A stretch of DNA of 64,000 nucleotides. Source: an uncultured bacterium. Its GTDB lineage: Bacteria; Margulisbacteria; WOR-1; CAVSGV01. The notes below the pieces were generated by a model. That model was not told the origin of the DNA. It did no database searches and worked only from the letters and a program-made list of their open reading frames with translations. Both the position numbers and the translations under genes were made by a program. Positions 19,272 through 28,538 of the stretch are shown here, one piece after another (positions within the stretch are counted from its first letter, which is position 1; the number at the start of each line of letters is the position of its first letter). Location: assembly GCA_963727815.1 (NCBI GenBank), contig CAVSGV010000005.1, positions 101,348 through 165,347 on the forward strand. The letters are read 5' to 3'.

Positions 19272-20013
19272 TGGCATTAAAGAAAAAAACAATGAAACCG
19301 ATAAAGACCGAAGAGGACATGCCGATAAAGATGGCGGAAATGTACATGCCCCTGGTGCATTCCATCGCGTCCATCGTTTCCAGCAAGGGTCTTCCTCCCA
19401 GCATAGATTACAACGACCTAGTGGCCGACGGCACCGTGGGGCTGATGAAGGCGTGGAAAAGTTTTGATAAGAACAGAGGAGTGAAGTTCGAGACGTACGC
19501 TTCTTACAGGATAAGGGGGGAGATACTCGACGGCCTGAAGAATTACAACCCGGTCCCTTACAGGGTCCAGGTAATGATAAGGGATGTTGCCAAGAACGGC
19601 TATTCCGCTCTCACAAAAAAAGGAGCAAAGGGAAAGGAAGAAGAGAGAAGTCATACGAAAAGAAAGAGATATCCGAAGAAGATTTCAAGAAAGCCGTAAC
19701 AAAGATAAGGAAGATAGTCTCCGCCTCCGCGCTCATGTATCTCATGTCGCTTGAATCCGCGCAGGATTCCGGCATGGAAATAAACGTGTCCGCCGAAAAA
19801 ACTCCCGCCGAAGAATTGGAATTCTCGGAACTGAGGTCCAGGCTCAAGAAGTCGCTGTCCGATCTTCCCGATACGGACCAGAGGGTCATAAGCCTTTTCT
19901 TTGACCAGGACCTTAGCCAGAAGGAGATCGCGTCCAAGCTGAAACTTTCCAGGAGCAAGGTCAACAGGATAATCGGCAAGACGGTGGTGTTCTTAAGGGA
20001 GAAGCTGAAGTAG
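19268..20013 (+). CDS. fliA: FliA/WhiG-like sigma factor (frameshift near 19650)
   Basis: Region 2 DLVADGTVGL.KAW..FD..RGVKFETYASYRIRGEILD; region 4 L..L....QRVISLFF..DLSQKEIA.KL.LSRSKV. Frames join as ...EEKKSYEKKEISEEDFKKAV... Confidence 0.8.
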
Positions 20014-20015
20014 CC

Positions 20016-20330
20016 ATGAGCGAACAACAGGTGCAAAGGGTCCAGCTTTTCGACGACACGTTCAATCATCTGAACGACGCGCTGGACCAGTCGACAAAGA
20101 TACAGGCCGTCATCGCGCAGAACATCGCGAACGCGAAAACGCCAGGGTATGAAGCGCTTGAATTCGACAAGGTCCTGAACAAAGCGGTGAAGAGGGCGAA
20201 CAAGAACGTCGTGTTCGAAGAAGAAATGGACTCGCTTTCAAGGAACGCCATAGAGCATGCCGCATACGTGAAGCTGATAGCGGAGAAGATAGCGGTCATA
20301 AGGACAGTAGTGACGCAGGGAAGGAAGTGA
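20016..20330 (+). CDS. flgB: Flagellar proximal rod protein FlgB (short)
   Basis: IAQNIANAKTPGY, EEEM..L..NAI; first gene of the flgB-flgC-fliE block. Confidence 0.85.
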   Translation: MSEQQVQRVQLFDDTFNHLNDALDQSTKIQAVIAQNIANAKTPGYEALEFDKVLNKAVKRANKNVVFEEEMDSLSRNAIEHAAYVKLIAEKIAVIRTVVTQGRK

Positions 20331-20335
20331 TCTGA

Positions 20336-20761
20336 ATGGGACTTAACGACGCATTGGACATAAGCGTTGACGGGATCAACGCGAACCGGATATTCATGGA
20401 GGTCATCGCCAGCAATCTTGCGAACATAAACACGACCAGGACCGTTCAGGGAGGCCCGTACCGCAGGAAGATACCAGTACTTGCGGAAAAACCGATGGAA
20501 TTTTCGGAGGTGCTGAGCAACGCGCAGAAGTCGGCGGGCGGCGTCCAGGTCGCGGAGATAAAGGACGACGACTCTCCGTTCCAGATGGTGTTCAATCCCG
20601 GACATCCTGACGCGGACAAGAACGGCTATGTTAAGCTGCCGAACGTGTCGATGGCCAAGGAAATGGTGGACATGGTCGAAGTGTCCAAACTGTACGAAGC
20701 GAACATCGTTGCCTATAACGCCACAAGAAAAATGGCGCAGGACGTGCTTACGATCCAGTAG
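20336..20761 (+). CDS. flgC: Flagellar proximal rod protein FlgC
   Basis: IASNLANINTTR...GGPYRRK, PGHPDAD.NGYV.LPNV, YEAN. Confidence 0.95.
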   Translation: MGLNDALDISVDGINANRIFMEVIASNLANINTTRTVQGGPYRRKIPVLAEKPMEFSEVLSNAQKSAGGVQVAEIKDDDSPFQMVFNPGHPDADKNGYVKLPNVSMAKEMVDMVEVSKLYEANIVAYNATRKMAQDVLTIQ

Positions 20762-20796
20762 GAAGTTCCAAAAATGATCAGGGAGGGAAATGAACA

Positions 20797-21123
20797 ATGG
20801 TGAATCCGCCGATCCAGCCGATATTACTATCAGCGGTGGAAGATGTTGCCGCGCCGAAAGCAGCTCCGGCTCCCGTTTCAACCACGGACCCGTCGGGGAA
20901 CGTTTTTGATCAGGTGCTGGGCAAAGCGATCGACGCGCTTAACGGGGTCTCACAAACGGAATTCACGGCTGACAAGCTGATGGATGATTACATCGCGGGC
21001 AAAGCTGAACTCTCTGACGTCATGATCGCGACATCAAAAATGACCATCGCGGTCAACCTGGCCGTATCAACGATAACTTCGGCCGTAAGCTCGTTCAAAG
21101 AAATTACGTCAATGTCAATATAG
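20797..21123 (+). CDS. fliE: Hook-basal body protein FliE
   Basis: F..VLGKAID.LN.V, G...LSDVMIA.SK; synteny. Confidence 0.8.
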   Translation: MVNPPIQPILLSAVEDVAAPKAAPAPVSTTDPSGNVFDQVLGKAIDALNGVSQTEFTADKLMDDYIAGKAELSDVMIATSKMTIAVNLAVSTITSAVSSFKEITSMSI

Positions 21124-21147
21124 GCGCTCTAGAAGGAAAGGAATAAA

Positions 21148-22528
21148 GTGGCAGAACCAACACCACAGCCCCAGGGAAGACAAATAGCGATTATAGCGAC
21201 CGTTGCCATGGTCATTTTTTTCACTTTATTCCTTGTCGGGCTCAGATCATGTTCATCTTCTTCCGATAAAGGTCCGACAGGCGAGAAGCTTCCGGCCGAT
21301 GTCGCCATATATTCCAACCTGGATCTGAAGGATTCCGCGATGGTTATCACCCGCCTAAAGGAACTGAAGATCCCTTATCAGATAAAGGACGAGGGCCGCA
21401 CGGTAGCGGTGCCGAGGGGAAGGGCCGACGAAGCGCGGCTGGGGCTCGCGGAAAAGAACCTTCCGGCGGGCGGGACCGTTGGCTGGGAGATATTCGACCA
21501 GTCAAAACTGGGAGCGACAGATTTTGACAGAAGGATCCAGTTCATCCGCGCCATTTCCGGCGAGCTTTCAAGGACCATAGACAGGATAAGCTCGGTGGAA
21601 GACGCGCGCGTACAGATAGTCATTCCCGAAACCCAGCTTTTCCAGGCGACCACCGCTCCGGTGACGGCATCAGTGCTCCTCAAGCTGAAAACCGGGGAGA
21701 CGCTGTCTCAGGGCCAGGTGAACGGCATAGTCTATCTGGTCGCGAACAGCGTTGAGAACCTGAAGCCGGCGAACGTGACCATCATCGACACGAACGGCAC
21801 GATTCTTACGGGAGCGGAAACCCCGCAAAAAGAGATCGTCCAGGCGCCGCCCGAGAACCGGCTCGTAGAACAACCTGAAGAACAGGTGGTCGTGAAACCG
21901 GAAGAAAAATCTGTCCTGGAAGTCCAGACAAAACTGGAGCTGGAGGACAAACTCACAAATAAAGTACAGTCGCTTCTCAATAAGCTCTATCCTCCGAACA
22001 TAACTATCGCTAGGGTCAACGTCGAACTCGCTGAACGGCAAAAAGATAACCGTCGTTATCCTGCTTGATAACAACTTCAGGCTGACCAACGCGCTCAAGA
22101 GGTCCACTTTCGATACGGTATCCGCCGCCATAGGATACGACAAGGACAGAGGGGATAAGATAATATTAAAGAGCGTCAAGTTCCGCTCCGCGGGAACCGC
22201 GCAGACCTATGCGAAGACTGGGATGGCGCAGAGCATATTCACGATCCAGAATCTCAAGATAATTTACAGGAAAATGGGCAGACATTCCGCATATGTCATC
22301 GCGGCGATAGTTGTCATCTTCTTCTTCATGCTCATTTCAATGTTCAGGGGAGGCAGGAAGGAAACTCCATTGGAGGCAGCCGGCGAGCCCGAAACGCCTG
22401 AAGAGGTGATGGAGACCAGCACAGGAGAAGTACCGATCGTCTCTGAAATGAAGACCCTTGCGGCGCAAAACCCGCAGCAGGTGGCGAACCTCATAAAGGA
22501 CTGGGTCGAAGAAGGAGGGGGCTCTTGA
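21148..22528 (+). CDS. fliF: MS-ring protein FliF, collarless form (frameshift near 22030)
   Basis: TM1; RBM1-2 (GWEIFDQSKLGATDF, ALSGELSRTI-like, ARV.IVIP..LF, ASV.LKL); compact RBM3 (..VSAAIGYDKDRGDKI); TM2; C-terminal NPQQVANLIKDWV. Confidence 0.88.
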
Positions 22529-23025
22529 ACGGGATAGAAAAATCGGCGGCCATCCTCTCTCTGCTCGGTGACGAGCTGTCGCACAAGATACTCGGCTACC
22601 TTCCGGAATCCGACGCTATCTCCATAATAAACGCTTCGGAGAACCTGAAGACGCCCACAAGGGAAACTCTTCTTGAGATCGTGTCGGAGTTCAACAATTA
22701 CATGTCCAATCCCGAGAACATGCCGTCCGAAGCAGCGACTTCCGGCGAGGGCGAAGAAGCATCCGCTCTGCCAGCGAACACGCCTCTGGAGATGATCACA
22801 GCGGCTTCACCGGAGAACCTGACAAAAGCTCTTCAGGAGGAGAGGCCGGAGATCGCCGCTTACGTTCTGTCCCATCTTCCCGTGGAAAAAATATATGAAG
22901 TGCTGCAGATGCTCGGCGACATGAGGGGCGCCGTAGAATCCAGGCTGATATCCATAAAAGACGTGCCAATGGCGAAGGAGCTTGAGGAAAAAGTGCTCAA
23001 CACGATATCCGCGAGGCTTTCCTGA
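22525..23025 (+). CDS. fliG: Truncated FliG (N and middle domains only)
   Basis: EKSAAILSLLG.E, EIVSEF, L.EERPEIAAYVLSHLP, RL..I..V. Stop overlaps the fliH start (TGATG). Confidence 0.82.
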   Translation: MNGIEKSAAILSLLGDELSHKILGYLPESDAISIINASENLKTPTRETLLEIVSEFNNYMSNPENMPSEAATSGEGEEASALPANTPLEMITAASPENLTKALQEERPEIAAYVLSHLPVEKIYEVLQMLGDMRGAVESRLISIKDVPMAKELEEKVLNTISARLS

Positions 23026-23759
23026 TGGGATTGATCAAAAAAGGAAGTTTCATCGACAAAGGCATACTTCTTCTCAAAGAAGAAGCCCGGGCCGTCGAGA
23101 TAAAGCCGGAAGTCATCGAAGAACCCGCCAAAGAAGACATAATACCCGAGGAGTTCCTGGAAGCGCACGCCGGTGAAGGCAAGGAAGAGCTCGTAGGGTA
23201 CGCGAAGAACGAGGCTGAGGACATAATCCGCAAGGCGATGAATGAAGCGAACTCAATAAGAGAGCAGGCAAAAGAATCCGGACTTGAGGAAGCCCGCGCG
23301 TTCGCGGAGGAGAACGCCTCCGACAAAGTAAAGGAAGCGCTGCAGACGCTCAACGAGGCGGTCATTGAGAGGAAAAAGATCATCAAGGACGCGGAAGCCG
23401 AAATATTGAGGCTCTCGCTGAAGGTCGCGGAACAGGTCATAAAATCCGAGGTCTCTCTTCACAGGGACGTAACGCTCAACATAGTTTCGGACGCCATAAG
23501 CCGCGTAAGCGACCGCGAACAGGTCATAATACGCGTCAACAGGGATGACGTCGACAACGTTAAGAAATACAAGGACAGGATAGGCAGCGTTGTTGACGGC
23601 ATCAAGAGCCTCTCCATCGTCGAGGATGCCAGCGTCGAACCCGGCGGCTGCGTCATAGAGACGAACCTCGGATACGTTGACGCGAGGATCTCCACCAAGC
23701 TGACCGCCATTGAAGAAGCCTTCCGAAAGGTCACCGCCGGCGGCGGCGCGAGCAAGTAA
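23025..23759 (+). CDS. fliH: FliH/SctL-type ATPase stator
   Basis: GLIKK N-terminus, A...G repeats, IRVN..D, VEPGGCVIETNLGYVDARI.T.L. Confidence 0.9.
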   Translation: MGLIKKGSFIDKGILLLKEEARAVEIKPEVIEEPAKEDIIPEEFLEAHAGEGKEELVGYAKNEAEDIIRKAMNEANSIREQAKESGLEEARAFAEENASDKVKEALQTLNEAVIERKKIIKDAEAEILRLSLKVAEQVIKSEVSLHRDVTLNIVSDAISRVSDREQVIIRVNRDDVDNVKKYKDRIGSVVDGIKSLSIVEDASVEPGGCVIETNLGYVDARISTKLTAIEEAFRKVTAGGGASK

Positions 23760-25073
23760 ATGTCCGAGCTCGATCTTGAAAAATACAGCCGCGCTATAGA
23801 GCATGTCGACCTGGTCAAGGTCATCGGCAAGGTCATACAGGTAGTGGGGCTCATCATAGAAGCCCAGGTCCAGGGGGTAAGCATAGGCGATCTCTGCTCC
23901 ATAAGACTGGGAAAAGAGGAGCACGAAACATTTGCGGAGGTCGTGGGTTTCCGCGAAGGAAGGGTGCTTCTCATGCCTCTCGGAACTACTTCTGGAATTT
24001 CTCCGGGCAGCCAGGTGACAGCGGCGGGACATCCTTTAAAAGTAAAAGTGGGTCCCAGGCTTTTGGGACGCGTCCTTGGCGGTCTCGGCGAGCCCATAGA
24101 TGACAAAGGCCCGATAATATTCGACACCGAAAATTCTCTTGATGCTGACCCGCCCGATCCCGTGAAAAGACCCAGGGTCACCGAAGTTCTGCGCGTCGGG
24201 ATACGCGCCATCGACGGGCTTCTTACCTGCGGCAGGGGACAGCGCATCGGTATATTTGCCGGGTCCGGCGTGGGCAAGAGCACCCTCATGGGTATGATCG
24301 CGAGGAACGCGGAAGCGGATGTTAACGTTATATCGCTGATAGGTGAGCGCGGAAGGGAAGTGCGCGACTTCATCGAGGAATCTCTCGGCGATGAGGGACT
24401 GAAAAAATCCGTCGTAGTCGTCGCCACCAGCGACCAGCCGCCGCTCATACGTCTCAAAGGCGCTTTCGTCGGCACGTCAATCGCCGAATATTTCAGGAAC
24501 AAGGGTCTGAAGGTGATATTGATGATGGATTCAGTTACGAGGTTCGCCATGGCGCAGAGAGAGATCGGGCTTGCCACCGGAGAGCCGCCTACCACTAGAG
24601 GCTACACGCCGTCGGTCTTTGCTCTGCTTCCCAAACTGATGGAAAGATCGGGAACTGCTGAAGTGGGTTCGATCACCGCTTTTTATACGATCCTTGTCGA
24701 AGGCGACGACTTCAACGAGCCGATAGCCGACCAATCACGGTCAATTCTTGACGGGCACATAATACTTTCCAGGGACCTCGCGGCAAAGAACCATTATCCA
24801 GCCATAAATGTTCCGCAGAGCGTAAGCAGGTTGATGACCAACTTGGTTTCCGACGAGCACAAGGAAGCTGCGGCGAAACTCAGAGAAGTTTTAGCCAGAT
24901 ATTCGGAAGCTGAAGATCTCATCAATATCGGCGCTTACGTCAAGGGCAGCAACCCGAAGATCGATTACGCCATAAGCAAGATAGATGAAGTGAATGAATT
25001 CCTGAAACAGGGAACGTTCGAGCAGACCGATTACGAGGAAACGGTCGAGCGTCTTCTAAGTATATTTTATTAA
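23760..25073 (+). CDS. fliI: Type III export ATPase FliI
   Basis: GQRIGIFAGSGVGKS, IGERGREV, MDSVTRFAMAQREIGL, SILDGHIILSR. Confidence 0.96.
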   Translation: MSELDLEKYSRAIEHVDLVKVIGKVIQVVGLIIEAQVQGVSIGDLCSIRLGKEEHETFAEVVGFREGRVLLMPLGTTSGISPGSQVTAAGHPLKVKVGPRLLGRVLGGLGEPIDDKGPIIFDTENSLDADPPDPVKRPRVTEVLRVGIRAIDGLLTCGRGQRIGIFAGSGVGKSTLMGMIARNAEADVNVISLIGERGREVRDFIEESLGDEGLKKSVVVVATSDQPPLIRLKGAFVGTSIAEYFRNKGLKVILMMDSVTRFAMAQREIGLATGEPPTTRGYTPSVFALLPKLMERSGTAEVGSITAFYTILVEGDDFNEPIADQSRSILDGHIILSRDLAAKNHYPAINVPQSVSRLMTNLVSDEHKEAAAKLREVLARYSEAEDLINIGAYVKGSNPKIDYAISKIDEVNEFLKQGTFEQTDYEETVERLLSIFY

Positions 25074-25089
25074 AAGGAGTTAAGCGAGA

Positions 25090-25557
25090 ATGCCAAGAGA
25101 ACAGAAACCGGGAAAATTCCAGTATCCTCTTGAGGCGGTCCTGAAGGTGAGGGCTATAAAAGAAAAAAAGGAGAGGGAGAGGTTCGCCGACAAGCAGAAA
25201 GCCTACATGACCGAGAAGGAAAAAGAAGAACAGATGGAAGAGGACAAAAGAGAAAAGGAAGGCGAGCTAAAGAGCATCATCAAGAAGGGCCCCATAACTC
25301 AGTTCGAAAAAGTTCTTAGGCGCCACGCGCATCTTGGCGTCCTCAAAAAAGACATCGACAATCAGATAGAAAAGGTAATAGACGCGTCAAAAAAACTCGA
25401 GGACCAGAGGGCGAAACTTGTGGAGTCCATGAAGGACCGCAAGATAATCGAAAAGAACAAGGAACACAAGCTGGATGAATACGATAAAATGATGAAAGAT
25501 CTTGAGATAAAATTCCTTGACGAGATCGCCACGGAGAGATTTAAGCGGGGGCTTTAG
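25090..25557 (+). CDS. fliJ: FliJ-type export chaperone/stalk
   Basis: [12 protein letters not shown], coiled coil, LDEIA; follows fliI. Confidence 0.8.
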   Translation: MPREQKPGKFQYPLEAVLKVRAIKEKKERERFADKQKAYMTEKEKEEQMEEDKREKEGELKSIIKKGPITQFEKVLRRHAHLGVLKKDIDNQIEKVIDASKKLEDQRAKLVESMKDRKIIEKNKEHKLDEYDKMMKDLEIKFLDEIATERFKRGL

Positions 25558-25753
25558 CTATCTTTACGGGGGCTTTAGTGATCTTCCCCGCCTTCAGACA
25601 TTTTGTGCAGACGTACACCCTCATTACTTTACCCGCAACAAGGACCCTTACGCGCTGAAGGTTCGGCAGCCATCTCCTTTTTGATTTCCTGTTGGAGTGA
25701 CTTACCTTATTTCCTGTCGATGGTTTCTTTCCGCAAACTGAACACTGTCTCAT
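25541..25753 (-). CDS. rpmB: 50S ribosomal protein L28 (Zn-binding type)
   Basis: [36 protein letters not shown]. Confidence 0.96.
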   Translation of the reverse strand: MRQCSVCGKKPSTGNKVSHSNRKSKRRWLPNLQRVRVLVAGKVMRVYVCTKCLKAGKITKAPVKIAKAPA

Positions 25754-25762
25754 GATCTGAAG

Positions 25763-25791
25763 AGTATATCACAGAGCGAGAATAAGCGCAA
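25763..25791 (-). promoter_or_regulatory. Sigma70-type promoter for rpmB
   Basis: Minus strand TTGCGC-17 nt-TATACT; ATG 9 nt downstream. Confidence 0.7.
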
Positions 25792-25867
25792 TAGGGCTTA
25801 ATACGGCTTTAAAAGCGCAAGAAGGCTTAATAAGAAGAAAAAGAGGAATAAGTGCAATAAGTGGGAA

Positions 25868-25917
25868 AAGCTGTTCACTCTTTCGCCATAAATGAAAGGC
25901 GAATGAGTGAACAGCTT
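25868..25917. repeat. Long imperfect inverted repeat between divergent promoters
   Basis: aagctgttcactc-t-ttcgcc ... ggcgaa-t-gagtgaacagctt. Confidence 0.85.
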
Positions 25918-25950
25918 ATCCGCCTTTTTGTTTTTATTGACCCATCGTCA

Positions 25951-25959
25951 TGCTAAAAT
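25951..25959 (+). promoter_or_regulatory. Extended -10 promoter, probably leaderless recG
   Basis: TGcTAAAAT; ATG 6 nt downstream; no SD. Confidence 0.55.
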
Positions 25960-25965
25960 GTTCCC

Positions 25966-27978
25966 ATGCCATCCCCAGAGATCCGTTACCAGAAAGGCGT
26001 CGGGCCTAAAATAGCCTCGATACTCGCTAATCTCGGCATCGAAACGGTCGACGACCTCATCCATTATTTTCCGAGGGAATATCAGGACAGGAGCGCGCCG
26101 ATACCTGTCGCCAATCTTACGCCCGGAATGGATGCACTCATCAAAGTCGAGATCGTCAAAGTATCAGCTTCCCGCACGAAAAGGAATTTCTCGATAGTAA
26201 AGACGAAGGTCAAGGATGACTCCGGTGCAATCAATATCATCTGGTTCAACCAGCCGTTCCTGATCAGAGTTTTCAAGCCGGGGATAAAGCTTTTCGTTTC
26301 CGGCAAGTTCGACCGCGATCAATATTCTGGCGAAATGTCATTCACGCCCCGTGATTACGATATTATCAGCGAATCGAATCTTAAGGACCTCATTGTTCCG
26401 ATCTATCCTCTTACCGAAGGAATGACACAGAAAATGCTCAGAAGGATAATCAAACCAGTCCTTGCTCAGAAGCTTGATGCGATCGAGGATCCGATGCCTG
26501 ATTTCCTGAAAGAAATATTCAAGCTCGCCGATCTTAAAACTTCGATAATGAACCTGCATTTTCCATCTGATATGAGCGTTATCATGGACGCGAGACATCG
26601 ATTAGCCTTCGATGAACTCCTCAGCTTCCAGCTTGGGCTCATGTATAACCGCAAAAGGATCGACGAAAGCTCCGGGATAGCCTTCAATATCGATGGTGGA
26701 CTGATCGAACGATTCAAGGCATCACTTCCATTCAAATTCACCGGAGCTCAATCGAAAGTGCTCGACGAAATACTTTCGGATATGAAGTCGAGGAAAGTTA
26801 TGAATCGGCTGCTTCAGGGAGATGTCGGCTGCGGAAAGACGATAGTCGCTCTTTACGCGATGGTCGTTGCCGTTCAGAACGGATATCAGGCGTCGATAAT
26901 GGCGCCGACAGAAATATTGGCCAACCAGCATTACAAGAAAATATCGGATCTTGTCAGCGGACTTGGCATCGACGTCCATATTCTGACAGGGAACGCGAAG
27001 AAGAACAGGAAAGAACTCATCGATAAACTTGCGAATGGAGATCCGCTAATCATCATCGGCACCCACGCTTTGATAGAAGGGGACGTCAAATTCGGGAAGC
27101 TCGGCCTGGTGGTCATCGATGAACAGCACCGGTTCGGCGTCGAGCAGAGACTTAAACTGAGAAAGAAGGGCGCGAACATCGACCTTCTGGTGATGACCGC
27201 CACGCCTATACCCAGAACGCTGGCCCTTACATTATATGGTGATCTTGACAGGTCGGTCATCGACGAAATGCCTCCCGGAAGGACGAAGATAATAACAAGA
27301 TATGTAAGGGAATCCGACCGGTCCCAGCTTTATTCTTTCATCAGAGCGCAGATAGCCGCGGGACGTCAGGCGTACATCGTATGCCCGCTCGTCGAGGAAT
27401 CGGAAAAGCTCGATCTCAAAGCCGCTCAGGAAGAGGTCAAGCTGATCGAAGGCGTTTTCCCCGAATTCAAAGTGGGGCTTATACACGGAAGGATGAGATC
27501 GGACCTGAAGGATAAGACGATGTCCGATTTCCTTGCGGGAAAGATCAACATCCTGGTATCGACAACGGTCATCGAAGTTGGCATCGACGTCCCTAACTCC
27601 ACGATTATGATCATCGAACATGCCCAGAGGTTCGGGCTTTCCCAGCTCCATCAGTTAAGAGGCAGGATAGGAAGGGGGCAGGAACAATCATACTGTTTCC
27701 TGATGGGGCAGGCAGCCGGGGGGACCGCCAAAGCAAGGATCGATGCGATGCTTAAGACCACGGATGGGTTCAAAATTGCCGAAGCCGACCTCAAATTACG
27801 CGGTCCCGGCGAGTTCTTCGGCACCGTCCAGTGGGGTTTGCCAAACTTTCGCGTGGCTGATATAATCAGGGACGAAGAGATCATTCGGGAAGCAAGGGAA
27901 GCGGCCGATCTGCTTCTTCAAAAAGGATATGATCTTAAGAATTTCAATATAAGATTCTGGGGGAGTAAGCTCGAGTGA
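25966..27978 (+). CDS. recG: ATP-dependent DNA helicase RecG
   Basis: RLLQGDVGCGKT, DEQHRFGV.QR, MTATPIPRTL, QLHQLRGRIGRG, DLKLRGPGE. Confidence 0.97.
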   Translation: MPSPEIRYQKGVGPKIASILANLGIETVDDLIHYFPREYQDRSAPIPVANLTPGMDALIKVEIVKVSASRTKRNFSIVKTKVKDDSGAINIIWFNQPFLIRVFKPGIKLFVSGKFDRDQYSGEMSFTPRDYDIISESNLKDLIVPIYPLTEGMTQKMLRRIIKPVLAQKLDAIEDPMPDFLKEIFKLADLKTSIMNLHFPSDMSVIMDARHRLAFDELLSFQLGLMYNRKRIDESSGIAFNIDGGLIERFKASLPFKFTGAQSKVLDEILSDMKSRKVMNRLLQGDVGCGKTIVALYAMVVAVQNGYQASIMAPTEILANQHYKKISDLVSGLGIDVHILTGNAKKNRKELIDKLANGDPLIIIGTHALIEGDVKFGKLGLVVIDEQHRFGVEQRLKLRKKGANIDLLVMTATPIPRTLALTLYGDLDRSVIDEMPPGRTKIITRYVRESDRSQLYSFIRAQIAAGRQAYIVCPLVEESEKLDLKAAQEEVKLIEGVFPEFKVGLIHGRMRSDLKDKTMSDFLAGKINILVSTTVIEVGIDVPNSTIMIIEHAQRFGLSQLHQLRGRIGRGQEQSYCFLMGQAAGGTAKARIDAMLKTTDGFKIAEADLKLRGPGEFFGTVQWGLPNFRVADIIRDEEIIREAREAADLLLQKGYDLKNFNIRFWGSKLE

Positions 27979-28538
27979 AAGTCATCGCGGGCACGGCAAA
28001 AGGAAGGGAATTGAAGTATCCCAAGCTTCCTGAAAGCAAGAGACTGCGCCCGCTTACCGGACAGGCGAAGGAAGCTCTTTTCAACATCCTGGTACGGGAA
28101 AATCCAGAAGCGAGGTTCCTTGACCTGTTCGCCGGCACCGGCTCCGTCGGCATAGAAGCGTTATCACGCGGGGCAAAGCTGGCGATATTCGTCGAACACG
28201 ACAGGAAGATAGTCGAGACACTGCGTGAGAACCTGGAGCTTACCGGTTTTACGGATCGTTCAGAGGTCTATTGCCTTGACGTGATAAAGGCGCTGAAGGT
28301 CCTTGACCGGGAAAAGTGCAGGTTCGACATAGTTTTTATCGGGGCGCCGTACGGCAGCCCGTTGCTTGAAGAGGCGCTCAAGGAAATATCGGAAATCGAT
28401 ATACTGGACAAGGGCGGCGTCATCGTCGCGGAACACAGCACGAGGGACAAAGTATCGGATTCATACGGGAAATTCGTGAAGTCCAGGGATGCAAAGTACG
28501 GAGATACGGTCCTTTCTTTTTATTTGATCGGAGGATAA
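27975..28538 (+). CDS. rsmD: 16S rRNA m2G966 methyltransferase
   Basis: MKVIAG..KGR, LRP, KEALFNIL, LDLFAGTGSVGIEALSRGA. Confidence 0.93.
   Translation: MKVIAGTAKGRELKYPKLPESKRLRPLTGQAKEALFNILVRENPEARFLDLFAGTGSVGIEALSRGAKLAIFVEHDRKIVETLRENLELTGFTDRSEVYCLDVIKALKVLDREKCRFDIVFIGAPYGSPLLEEALKEISEIDILDKGGVIVAEHSTRDKVSDSYGKFVKSRDAKYGDTVLSFYLIGG

Noticed and set aside
23025-25557. Canonical injectisome (non-flagellar T3SS)
   Set aside because: Neighbours are flagellar rod and L/P-ring genes; no secretin, SctD, needle or translocon genes are seen.
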